64,000 nt of DNA from NCBI RefSeq assembly GCF_009914755.1, contig NC_060940.1; one strand, written 5' to 3'. Shown here one piece after another: positions 39,111 through 59,547 of the stretch. The position numbers and the translations under genes were made by a program. Position 1 is the first letter of the stretch; the number at the start of each line of letters is the position of its first letter. Below the pieces are notes generated by a model. That model was not told the origin of the DNA. It searched no databases and saw only the letters and a program-made list of their open reading frames with translations. Source of the stretch: the human T2T-CHM13v2.0 reference genome, Homo sapiens.

Positions 39111-40026
39111 AGGATCCCTTGTAGAATTCCTTTTTGATGAAAATAGGATTCTTTCACTAAGGGATACGTGAGAATTAAAGTTTAAATTGGATTACTGGGG
39201 CTTTAAAAAAATTGTAAAAATATCTGTAGCAAAGTTAATCATTTTAACTCTTTTTTAAGTGTACAGTTCAGTGGGGGCATTCTTAAAGTCATGAAAATGA
39301 TATGTTGTTGCTTAATGCTTTTGGATCTTAGCTTTTAGAATAATGTAAGGATTGAGGAGTTTACTTATTTGTTTATGTCATGGCATTATTGAATTCCTGA
39401 AAGCGTATGAGTATTTACTGTGTGGCAGGAATTAAATTAGTAGATGTTAGGAATACAAAGATGAATAAGAACCAGCCTCTGCACTCATCTTGTTTAGTAG
39501 GGATAAAGTAGTGTGTAAAATATGGAATACAAAAAAAAAATGAGTGTATAATAACTTGAAGTGTTTGAGTGTGTAAAGGCTTCCCAAAGGTGGTACCTGA
39601 GTTTAATCGTGAAGACATTACTTTATTAAGAGGAAGGCTGGTGGAAAGGGTGATGTTGTAGGCATAGAGAACATATTAATGGAGGTGTGAGAAAGTTTGT
39701 TGAATTCAGGCAACATTTCAATGTAGTGGAAACATAGATTACCTATGAGAGTGGCAAATAAGAGTGGAGGGGCATTGATAACTTTGGGAAAGGAATAAAA
39801 TAGGAAGTACATATGTTGAGAGGCAAAGATAAATTTAGATATCATAAAATATGATATTGTTGATTGGTATAACATTTTTAATTTTTTAAATGAAAATACA
39901 TTCAATACTATTAGATATAACAGGCTTGGATCTTGGTAAGTCGACAAGGAATCTTAATCTGTGTTTTTAGTTTTATAGGTCGATGAGAGGGAAATAGATA
40001 ATTTTTGAGTACTTACTATGTTTTAG

Positions 40027-40378
<352 letters not shown>

Positions 40379-40549
40379 AGACTGAGAGGTTTTAAGAACC
40401 ACTCAAGGTTACACAGCTTAGAATTAGCAGTTAGAATTTGAATCCACACCTAAGCTCCTTCAACTATGCCATGACTGGCTCATATTTGCCAGATATTTGT
40501 CTAATTGATTGGTGAATCTAATTTATTTTCTAATTAAACAGTCAAATGT

Positions 40550-40967
40550 TGTCTTAGTCCATTTTATGTTGCTATAACAGAATACCACAGACTGGTTAAT
40601 TTATACAGAAAAGACATTTATTAGTTTTGGAGGCTGGGAAGTCCAAGGTCAAGAGGCCTGCATCTGGTATAAGATGGCTTACAAGCATTCACAAGAAGGC
40701 CCTCTGATGCAAGGCCTTCTGCTGCATCATCCTGTAGTAGAAAGCAGAGGGGCAAGAGAGCAAGGCATGACTGAACTTGATTTTCTTTTCTGTAACAAGC
40801 CCACTATCTTGATGACTAACCTACTCCTGTGATAACATTAATCCATTCATGAGGGCAGAGGCCTCATGACCTAATCACCTGTTATTAGGCCCCACCTCGA
40901 AACACTGTTGCTTTGAGGACTGAGTTTCCAACACCTAAACTTTGGGGGACATATTCAAACTATAGCA
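40550..40967 (-). mobile_element. MST-type MaLR solo LTR (MSTD-like)
   Basis: tgtcttagtcc...ggggacatattcaaactatagca; TSD AATGT/AGTGT. Confidence 0.85.
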
Positions 40968-41109
40968 AGTGTATAGATAATGCAGTTGGATTATCAGAAA
41001 CATGTCAAGGATACATAGAACAGAGTTACAGATGGGGTTTAATAGAGTAGTATACATGTGGAATACATGGCATTAAAGCCCCTTATGTGGACTTTCATAA
41101 TGATTTTAT

Positions 41110-41130
41110 TTATTTTTATTTTATCTTATT

Positions 41131-41173
<43 letters not shown>

Positions 41174-41457
41174 TCTGAGGCAGATACTCGCTCTGTCGCC
41201 CAGGCTGGAGCACAGTGGTGTGATCCCCACTTACTGCAAGCTCCGCCTCCCGGGTTCATACCATTCTCCTGCCTCAGCCTCCCCAGTAGCTGGAACTACA
41301 GGCACCCGCCACCATGCCTGGCTAATTTTTTGTATTTTTAGTAGAGACAGGGTTGCACCATGTTAGCCAGGATGGTCTCGATCTCCTGACCTCGTGATCC
41401 GCCCACCTTGGCCTCCCAAAGTGCTAGGATTACAGGCATGAGCTACCACGCCCGGCC
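41110..41457 (-). mobile_element. AluY with a (TTTA)n tail
   Basis: TSD TCATAATGATTTTAT at 41095-41109 and 41458-41472. Confidence 0.92.
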
Positions 41458-42255
41458 TCATAATGATTTTATATATTTTACGTTAATAAAACACCTAAGG
41501 ATTTGCTAATTAGCTACTGAAAATAATTTAGGATACTTCTGGATAAATATTACAAGTTGGATTATTTTTCTTTTAGTTTCTCATTTTTGCTGGGACTCAT
41601 GCTGTTACATGTTAAGGTCATATTAGACTGAAAAATAAAGGAATGAGGGCAGTGATACGCCCACAGTTAATGTAATGACCTTTTTCAGCATTTAAAAATA
41701 TTTTTCCTGATTCTTGCCCATGACCCAAACATTTTTTTTTCTTTTTAAAAGGAATTTTAGGCATAGAACATTATAGATGAGCTCCTGAAGTGGGGGGAAA
41801 AATATGATATCTTTTGTAAATTAAAAAAATTTTAATTAAATCTCAGATAAGTTTTTCTTTTTAGATATGGAGCTTACTGCTTCATAGCTTTCTTGCATTT
41901 ATTCTGTAATCAGGATGAAGCTTTCTTCCCAATGAAGCTTATGTCTGTGTTTTGGTTAGGGTAGTGGTGGTGTTTTAACTATTTTCTTGGGAGACTATGA
42001 AGTTTTAAAATTTCTGAATATGAATATAGAAAATAACCCAAAGTATAGAGTATAAGACACCTTTACAAGCATCCAGTTAAAACCTGTCATTGATGAGGAA
42101 ACAGGGCCGGAGTTGAATATGTTATCACATATTCAGTTACTACCAGAGATTAGAATTTTGGTCTCTGTTAAGAAGAAAACAACAATTCTAATAAGTTTTA
42201 ATTTGTGTTTTGGGGCAATAAAATTTCTCTCTTGGAACCTTTTGTCCTACTTTAA

Positions 42256-43509
<1,254 letters not shown>

Positions 43510-43624
43510 CTATCCAGACATCTTGTACTCTACCTCTTTTAAAATAGCTAAGTATACTACCAAAAGCTAGATTCTATAGCAGAGCATGCTTCATCTTCAT
43601 GAAAAAACAATCGTACGTGGGCCA

Positions 43625-44655
<1,031 letters not shown>

Positions 44656-45139
44656 GTTTTTTAATGGGCCATAAACTCAATGTCCAAATAATCACTGTTG
44701 CTATTTTTTTTTAAAGTTTCACAAAATATTTTTTTAAACCCAGTTTCTGCCTTATGTAGCATTCCCTCTCCCCCACCAAAAAAGTTTGTCATTTTCATGA
44801 ATAAATACTTATTATCTGATACTGTGTGCTACTATTTAGTAGATACTAAGGATACATTACATAAAAATTACTGACTTAAATTTTATGGGGAGTGTAGGCT
44901 TTAAGATAATATGTAAACTATAGAATGTTAGCTAGTACTAAGTCAGAAAAATAAAGCAAGGAAGGGGGAGTGTGAAGCATTGGAGAGGGAAATAATGACA
45001 TTTTAGAAAGGGCAATCAGGAAAGGCCTCACTAGGAATGTCACTTTTGAGAAAACTTACTGTAATGAAGGAACAGTATATTGAGCAGAGGGAACAGTAAA
45101 TACAAAGTCCTGGAAGAACGTATATTCCTGACTTTCAAG

Positions 45140-50220
<5,081 letters not shown>

Positions 50221-50249
50221 CATCACTCTCTCATGCTTGGCTTTTTAGT

Positions 50250-51230
50250 GACCTGAGGAGGCCATTGTGGCTGAAGCAAGGGGGTGAGCAAGAGAGAAGT
50301 GCAGCCAGAGCTGAAGGCAGAGAGCTGTTCTGGTGGTGGTGCAGGGCTGTGCTTACAAGTCATAGTAAGGATTTCAGTTTTTCATGTGAGTGACATAAAG
50401 AGTCATTGGAGGGTTGTGAGCAGAGGAGTGTCCTGAATTAACTTGCATTTTAATGAGATCACTGTTTTGAAACAGGGCAAGGTAAATAGCAGGCTGTTAG
50501 TTGCCAATCAAGTGTCCAAGATGAGAAGTCAAGTAGTTTATTAGGTAAATGGGTCTAGATTTAAGGTAGTGATATATAATTAATAGATGTAAGTTAGGGA
50601 ATTGCCAATATAGAGATTTTATTTAAAACCTTGAGATTGGATGAAATCACCTTGGAAGTGATTATAGATAGAAAAGAGAAGAGGTTGGAGTCCTCAACAT
50701 TTGTAGATTGTAGATTGAAATCTGTAAAAAGAGAATGAGAATGAGAATGAACACTCAGAAAAGTAGGAGAGAAACCAAGTGAATACCATATATAACAATT
50801 AAATGAAGTTAAGTGTTTCAAGGAGGATTCCATGATAACTACATCAAATGCTGCTGATAGGTAGTGTTAGATGAGACGTGAAAAACGACCCTTGTATTTC
50901 GTTATGTGAAGGTCCGTATGCCCTCAGGTCAGTTTGGTGAGATGATGGGAATAAAACAATTTCAAGAGAGAATGGCAACAAGTAAATTGAAGACAATAAA
51001 CCTAAACAGATTCCTCAAGTTTGTTGTAAAGAGGAAGAAAGAAGGGGGAGGAAATTGAAAGGATAATAAATGGGATCAAGAGAGGGGATATTTGAAGATG
51101 AGAGAAATAGCAGCTTGTTTGTATACAGATGAGAATGGGACAAATTGATGACTCAGAAGAGAAGAAAGAATTACTGGGGCAATGCCTTTGAGTAGGCAAG
51201 TAGGTGGGGAAGGAAGGCAGAGGAAGGAGA
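50250..51230 (-). mobile_element. L2
   Basis: cattggagggttgtgagcagaggagtg...gagattggatgaaatcacc...tcaaatgctgctgatagg. Confidence 0.75.
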
Positions 51231-51314
51231 GTTTTAATTTTTTATTGCTTATTACAAGAATCAAACATTTTCCAACTTAAATGTAAAACAGTGGAGGAAA
51301 CTTTTTAAAAGTAA

Positions 51315-51637
<323 letters not shown>

Positions 51638-52292
51638 ATTTCCAGATTTATTTATGATATGATTGAGGAAAGCTGATCAGAAATACTTCAGCTTGTAGGT
51701 AGGAAACACAGTTATTCTGGCATGTGAGTATCTGTATGCTAGCTGGTAAGGTGCCCAGGAAAGGGGAGATCAGATCAAATAATGAATATACAACTGAATG
51801 GAAAGAGTATAAGTCCTTACCTGCTTTAATCCTTACTGGATACAGAGTTAATCAGTTCTTGTTACCTTTTAAAGGGCTAGCCCTAAATAATTAAGGGACA
51901 ATATTGAATTCATATTAATTTAATATTAACACCCTTTCAATTGATATTTATTACTCAAAAGTATCTGGGCTTCCTAATTTTTTGATAAAAAGTAAGAATT
52001 CTAGATATCCTAAATTTAAATTTTCAAATTTTACTAATGTTTTACTAATATTTCCTGAGCTGTGACATTCTAAAGCTGACTGTTCCTCAAACCAAACATC
52101 ACTTACTATTATTACTGATTATAAAAACATCTTGCTTTTGTATGGAAAACAATTTAATATGCAATGTATCACTTAATCATTGTATCAAGTATGTAGGATA
52201 GGCAGAGGGTTTTGTTGATTCTTTAGTTTTTATATTTCTTCAGGTCCCTAATATTAAGGAGCTTTGTGGATGATACTATGCATCTTCTAGAG

Positions 52293-52628
52293 AAGCAGTC
52301 CTCAACCTTTTTGGCACCAGGGACCGGTTTCGTGGATGGGGTAGGGAAATGGGGTGTGGTGGATGGAGGGAGATGATTTCAGGATGAAACTGTTCCACCT
52401 CAGGCATTAATTAGATTCTTATAAGGGAGCACAGCCTAGATCACTTACATATGCAGTTCACGATAGGGTTCGGGCTGCTATGAGAATCTAATACTGCCGC
52501 TGATGTGACAGGAGGCGGAGCTCAGGCAGTAATGCTGGCTGACCTGCTGCTCATCTCCTGCCGTGCAGCCTGGTTTCTAACAGGCCACGCACCCATTCCA
52601 TCTGCAGCCTGGGGTTTCGGGACCCCTG
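52293..52628 (-). mobile_element. MER1B (hAT-Charlie MITE)
   Basis: caacctttttggcaccagggaccggtttcgtgga...gggacccctg; perfect 8-bp TSD TTCTAGAG at 52285-52292 and 52629-52636. Confidence 0.9.
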
Positions 52629-52996
52629 TTCTAGAGTTGTCATTTGTGACAGAGTCAGTAAAAATCATTTCAGTAAATTTTGAAGTTTTAAATTTTGATT
52701 GATTAAAATGATCTTGATAGCTTACCCTGTCTCAAAAAAATTTTTTTTCCTGAGTCATTTAAAAATATGTCTACTCTAGAGTTCTTATTTATTTTAAAAT
52801 TTTTCCAGCGCTTAATTTTTACTTATATTACTAGCTTATTTTAACATTGTTATAAGTTTCAAAGTTGTATTAGATAAAATATTTTCTTTGAGAAGACACA
52901 GACTTCCACTGTAACTTAAATCATCCAAAGTAACTTCACCTACTTAATTTTTTCTCAGAAAGATCTACCTTGCAAATACTTGCCAAGTAAAATTAG

Positions 52997-53275
<279 letters not shown>

Positions 53276-53317
53276 TAGAAGTTTCAAAATAATTTTACTT
53301 ATATAATTTTTATTCTT

Positions 53318-53701
53318 AAAGTAGCTTTATTGAGATATAATTCAGATACCATACAATTCATTCATCTAAAGTGTATATTTAGTGGCTTTTAGCATACTCA
53401 GAGTTGTTTATCCATTACCATAACCAATTTTAGAGCATTTTCGTTACCCCCAAAAGAAATCCCATAACCTGTAGCTATCACTCACCAATCACCAGTCCTT
53501 TCTACCCACCCACCATGCCACCAGCTCTAGGTGACCCACTAATCTATTTTCTCTCTATATATACTTGCCTACTTTTGACATTTTATATAAATCGAGTCAT
53601 ATAATATGTGGTATTTTGTGACTGACCTCTTTCACTTAGCATAATGTTTTCAGAGTTCATTTTTGTTGTAGCATGTATCAGTACTTAATTTCTCTTTATT
53701 G
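53318..53701 (-). mobile_element. L1MB-type 3' fragment abutting the exon-2 acceptor
   Basis: agctttattgagatataattc...ccactaatct...ttcacttagcataatgtttt...gtagcatgtatcagtactt. Confidence 0.85.
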
Positions 53702-53736
53702 TTTTTGTTCCTTTTTTTCTAGGATTTTGACACTTC

Positions 53737-53857
53737 ATGACATGTCATTATTTAGAGCAATAATGAATATTGACCTGTTTTGGATTAGTTGATGACCTTC
53801 GGAAATGATCCAATAATATCTACTATAGAGAAGCTGAATATACTCCATTTGGAGTGA
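53737..53857 (+). promoter_or_regulatory. uORF cluster in the CHD9 5' UTR: 53737-53763 MTCHYLEQ; 53742-53792 MSLFRAIMNIDLFWIS (internal ATG 53763); 53792-53857 (21 aa); 53805-53816 MIQ
   Basis: Five upstream ATGs in the 164-nt leader, translated by hand. Their presence is certain; their translation is not shown. Confidence 0.75.
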
Positions 53858-53886
53858 ACAGCCCGGATTGTTACAGAATTTTCAAG

Positions 53887-55338
53887 ATGACAGATCCAAT
53901 GATGGACTTTTTTGATGATGCCAATCTTTTTGGTGAGACCTTAGAAGGTTTGTCAGATGATGCATTTGTACAACCAGGACCTGTTTCACTAGTTGATGAA
54001 TTGAATTTGGGTGCAGAATTTGAACCGTTGCACATAGATTCACTGAACCATGTTCAAGGTACTCCAACACATCAGAAGATGACTGATTTTGAACAGTTAA
54101 ATCAATTTGATTCAATAAAATTTCACCATGTTAATCAATCTTTTGGTAGCCCAGCTGAACATGTGTTATCTCCACACTCTCAGTTTAATTGTTCTCCAAT
54201 CCATCCCCAAAACCAACCCAATGGTTTGTTTCCAGATGTATCAGATGGCAGTCCAATGTGGGGCCATCAGACAGCTACTACCATTTCAAATCAAAATGGA
54301 TCTCCTTTTCACCAACAAGGACATTCACACTCTATGCATCAAAATAAAAGCTTTGTGGCACACCATGACTTTGCCTTATTTCAGGCCAATGAACAACAAA
54401 CACAGTGTACTTCACTACGCTCACAACAAAACAGAAATAATCTCAACCCAGGGCAGAATTCTCTTAGCCAGTCTAAAAATTTTATGAATGTTTCTGGTCC
54501 ACATAGAGTCAATGTTAACCACCCACCACAGATGACTAATGCATCTAATTCACAACAGTCTATTTCAATGCAGCAATTTTCTCAAACGTCAAATCCTTCA
54601 GCACACTTCCACAAGTGTAGCAGTCATCAAGAAGGAAATTTTAATGGACCTTCCCCAAATATGACTTCTTGTTCTGTCAGTAATTCACAGCAATTTTCTT
54701 CACATTATTCCTTTTCCAGTAATCATATATCACCAAACAGTCTACTTCAGTCCTCTGCAGTTCTTGCATCTAATCATACAAATCAGACTTTATCTGATTT
54801 TACTGGAAGTAATTCCTTTTCACCTCATAGAGGAATCAAGCAAGAATCTACTCAGCATATCCTAAACCCCAATACATCATTGAATTCAAATAATTTCCAA
54901 ATATTGCATTCATCACATCCTCAGGGTAATTATAGCAATTCAAAATTATCTCCTGTGCACATGAACTTCCCAGATCCTGTTGACTCAGGAACTCAAATGG
55001 GCCATTTCAATGATCATGTAGAAACTAATGGCTTTTCATCTTTAGAAGAGAATTTACTTCATCAAGTGGAATCTCAAACTGAGCCATTCACAGGACTTGA
55101 CCCCGAGGACCTCCTTCAGGAGGGTCTTCTTCCTCACTTTGATGAGTCAACATTCGGACAAGATAATTCAAGTCACATTTTAGATCATGACCTTGATCGG
55201 CAGTTTACTTCGCATCTGGTAACACGGCCTTCTGATATGGCTCAGACTCAGTTGCAAAGTCAGGCTCGGAGTTGGCATTCATCATTTTCTAATCATCAGC
55301 ATTTACATGACAGAAATCACCTATGTTTACAGCGACAG
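53887..55338 (+). CDS. CHD9: CHD9 first coding exon, codons 1-484 (disordered S/Q/N/H-rich N-terminus); the CDS continues beyond the window
   Basis: Translation MTDPMMDFFDDANLFGETLEGLSDDAFVQPGPVSLVDELNLGAEFEP matches the CHD9 N-terminus as I recognise it. ATG context aagATGa. 1452 nt to the CAG|GTATGT donor, phase 0. Confidence 0.96.
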
Positions 55339-56209
55339 GTATGTAGCTCTTTGCTTTTATTTTGGAGATTTGGGGGTAGGGCGGACTGTTAGTCATTGGG
55401 TTAATTTTATATGAAACATAGTCAAGATTTCTCAAACTTGGTAATTCCATTAAGTGAACATACATATTTTGATATAGGTTTATATTGTTTTACAAGTCTT
55501 GTATTGAAAGTGATTCACTGATATGCTCAAAGCAATAGATTAGCTTCTATATTTAGAAAATTATAAGGTGTTAAGACTTCTTTTGTGATGTTTATGAATA
55601 CCTTTGAGAGAAAGTTATTTTATCAAAAACAACTTAATAATCATAATTAAAAGGGAAAAACCAGACTGGGAAAATTTTATTGCAAATACAATTAACATTG
55701 AGTTAATATTCCTATAAAAAGCTTTATAAATTAGCAAACTTTTAAGACCTCAGTTGATAACTAGATAAAACATATAAGCTGAAATTCACAAAAAGGAAAT
55801 TAAATTAGTAAACAAAACCAGAATAATATGCAGCTTTAATAATAAAAAATAAATTTAGAATGGTTTTATTTTTACCTATTAGAAAAACATGTTAAATGTT
55901 AATGCTTAATGCTGACAAATTTATGGTGAAATTGGTACCTACATGGCTTTGTTAATTAATGCAAATATTTTGAAAAGCAATTTGGTACTAGATTAAAGAA
56001 TATAAAAATTCTCCATTTTAATAACCCAGACATAGCAGAAGTATATACCCAAAGATATTTGTCTTAATATACTTACAAGGGACAGCTGAAAAAAGCATAG
56101 CTCATTATTGTAATCACGATAGACCATAGGCACTAAAAAGATTTTGAACACTAACATTGAGAATATGTTAATGATGGAGAAAAGAGCGTAATTCAAAATT
56201 AAGATCACA

Positions 56210-56410
56210 GTGAAGTAAGGTTAAGAGTGTGGCCTTTGATACCAGACTACCTGGTTTAGAATTGTGGGTCCTGTTACTTAGTAGTTGGGTGACTTTGACT
56301 TAGATAATTTCCGTGCGTCTCTTTTTCCTCATCTTTAAAATGTGAAATAATAAAGGATTAATAGATTTATAACATGTAAACATGCTTAGACTATGCCTAG
56401 CATATAGTTA
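56210..56410 (+). mobile_element. MIR
   Basis: ggttaagagtgtggcctttgataccagactacctgg...ttcctcatctttaaaatg. Confidence 0.7.
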
Positions 56411-56421
56411 GAAATTAATAC

Positions 56422-57717
<1,296 letters not shown>

Positions 57718-57848
57718 TAGTTCTATTTCAGAACGATATTTCAGCATATTTTTTGAAATGTCTAGGGAGATGTAGAAACATTTAAAAGACACTTATAAAC
57801 CCTCCATGTCCCCCTCTTTTTATGACATGAGTTGAGTATTGTGATTTT

Positions 57849-57862
57849 GCTCCCCCTACTGG
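57849..57862 (-). promoter_or_regulatory. Candidate CTCF site
   Basis: Minus strand reads CCAGTAGGGGGAGC, close to the core CCASYAGRKGGCRS. Confidence 0.4.
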
Positions 57863-58405
57863 AGGAAGATCAAGCATCTCAGAAGGACCCTGGGAAAACT
57901 CTCCACTGATTGAACTTAGGTGCATCTATCTACTTTGTATGTAGGTTTCTGACTAGTTTGACCAATCATTTTTGTCCAGTGTATACTTGAAATTATGAGA
58001 GCTTATTGATTTATTTTTAAACATTTTATTCTCCTAAGACTTTATCATTTTGATTCATGTCTTTTTGTTGCTTTTGTTTTGTTTTTTAATTAATGCATTT
58101 CTAAACATGTTTCCCGGGCTTTAAAAAGTAGTAAGGACTCCTTTTTATAGATTTGGAATGAATGGAGGATAATTATAAATAACTAAAGCAGTCTCTAATG
58201 CTAGCATGTAGATAGAGAGCACTCCATCTGAGAGAAGTTATTTTCAGACCTACCTTAAATCATCTTATTCTACACTGATAAATACGGTTTTAAGTCACTC
58301 ACTTTTTTGTTTCAGTTTTTTTTTTCTTGTTTTGTTAACTTGTTCTTTTTTCACATGTCCAAAAACTGATAAAGGGCAGTTTGTTTGGAATTCTTTTTTG
58401 ACTTA

Positions 58406-58919
<514 letters not shown>

Positions 58920-59547
58920 TCAAGTTTCCTATTACTTCTTAGTTTAAACAGTGATATTTGGGATTCGTTGATTGTGAGAGTGAAAAAGAGAGATGGATTG
59001 GTAGAGAGGATTATTATGATTATTGTATGTTGCATATCAGTTTTATATGTACTGAATTATAGGTCACACATCTTAAATATATGAAATGCAAATGATTTAA
59101 TATGTGGAATTCATGACAAATTTTGACAGAGCATAGACTTTTTTACCTATATAATTTTTGCATGTTCTGTATAGTTATGGTACTACATAGCTGAAATGTT
59201 ATATTAATAAGGAGTTCTTATATTATTATGATGCTTCCACAGGTTCTATGGAAAGAAATTTTTTTCTGGGTTCTTTGTTGGGCTTCTTTAACTCTCTTAA
59301 TTGTAGTAATTTCATTTTAGACTAAATTAACATCACTACATGTGTATAAAAGTTAACAGATTTAAACATAATGAAGTGGCATAATTTTTTAGTTTATGAA
59401 AAATAATTTTGAGGTATGTTTTGTTAGAGCCAAAACAAGACATTCTTTAACCTACTGTTTAAAAAACCATGGATGACAATCTATTTAGAATTCTAGAACG
59501 CTTTAGTGAGAATGTTGAATATTTAAAGAATATTTCTAAGCCTTGCT

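Larger units (their letters stand above)
53723..55338 (+). other. CHD9: CHD9 exon 2 (1616-nt internal exon; 53723-53886 is 5' UTR)
   Basis: Acceptor gtttttgttcctttttttctag|G with AG at 53721-53722; donor GT at 55339-55340. Confidence 0.92.

Noticed and set aside
53882-54487. Antisense 77-aa and alternative-frame 119-aa ORFs inside exon 2
   Set aside because: Shadow ORFs of a real CDS with no independent support.
55040-55132. LxxLL nuclear-receptor boxes (LEENLL, LQEGLL)
   Set aside because: The spacing is LxxxLL, not LxxLL.
53854-55392. ORF-track boundaries (512 aa) taken as the CHD9 CDS
   Set aside because: The track starts at a GTG and runs past the donor. The supported CDS is 53887-55338; the extensions are treated only as hypotheses.
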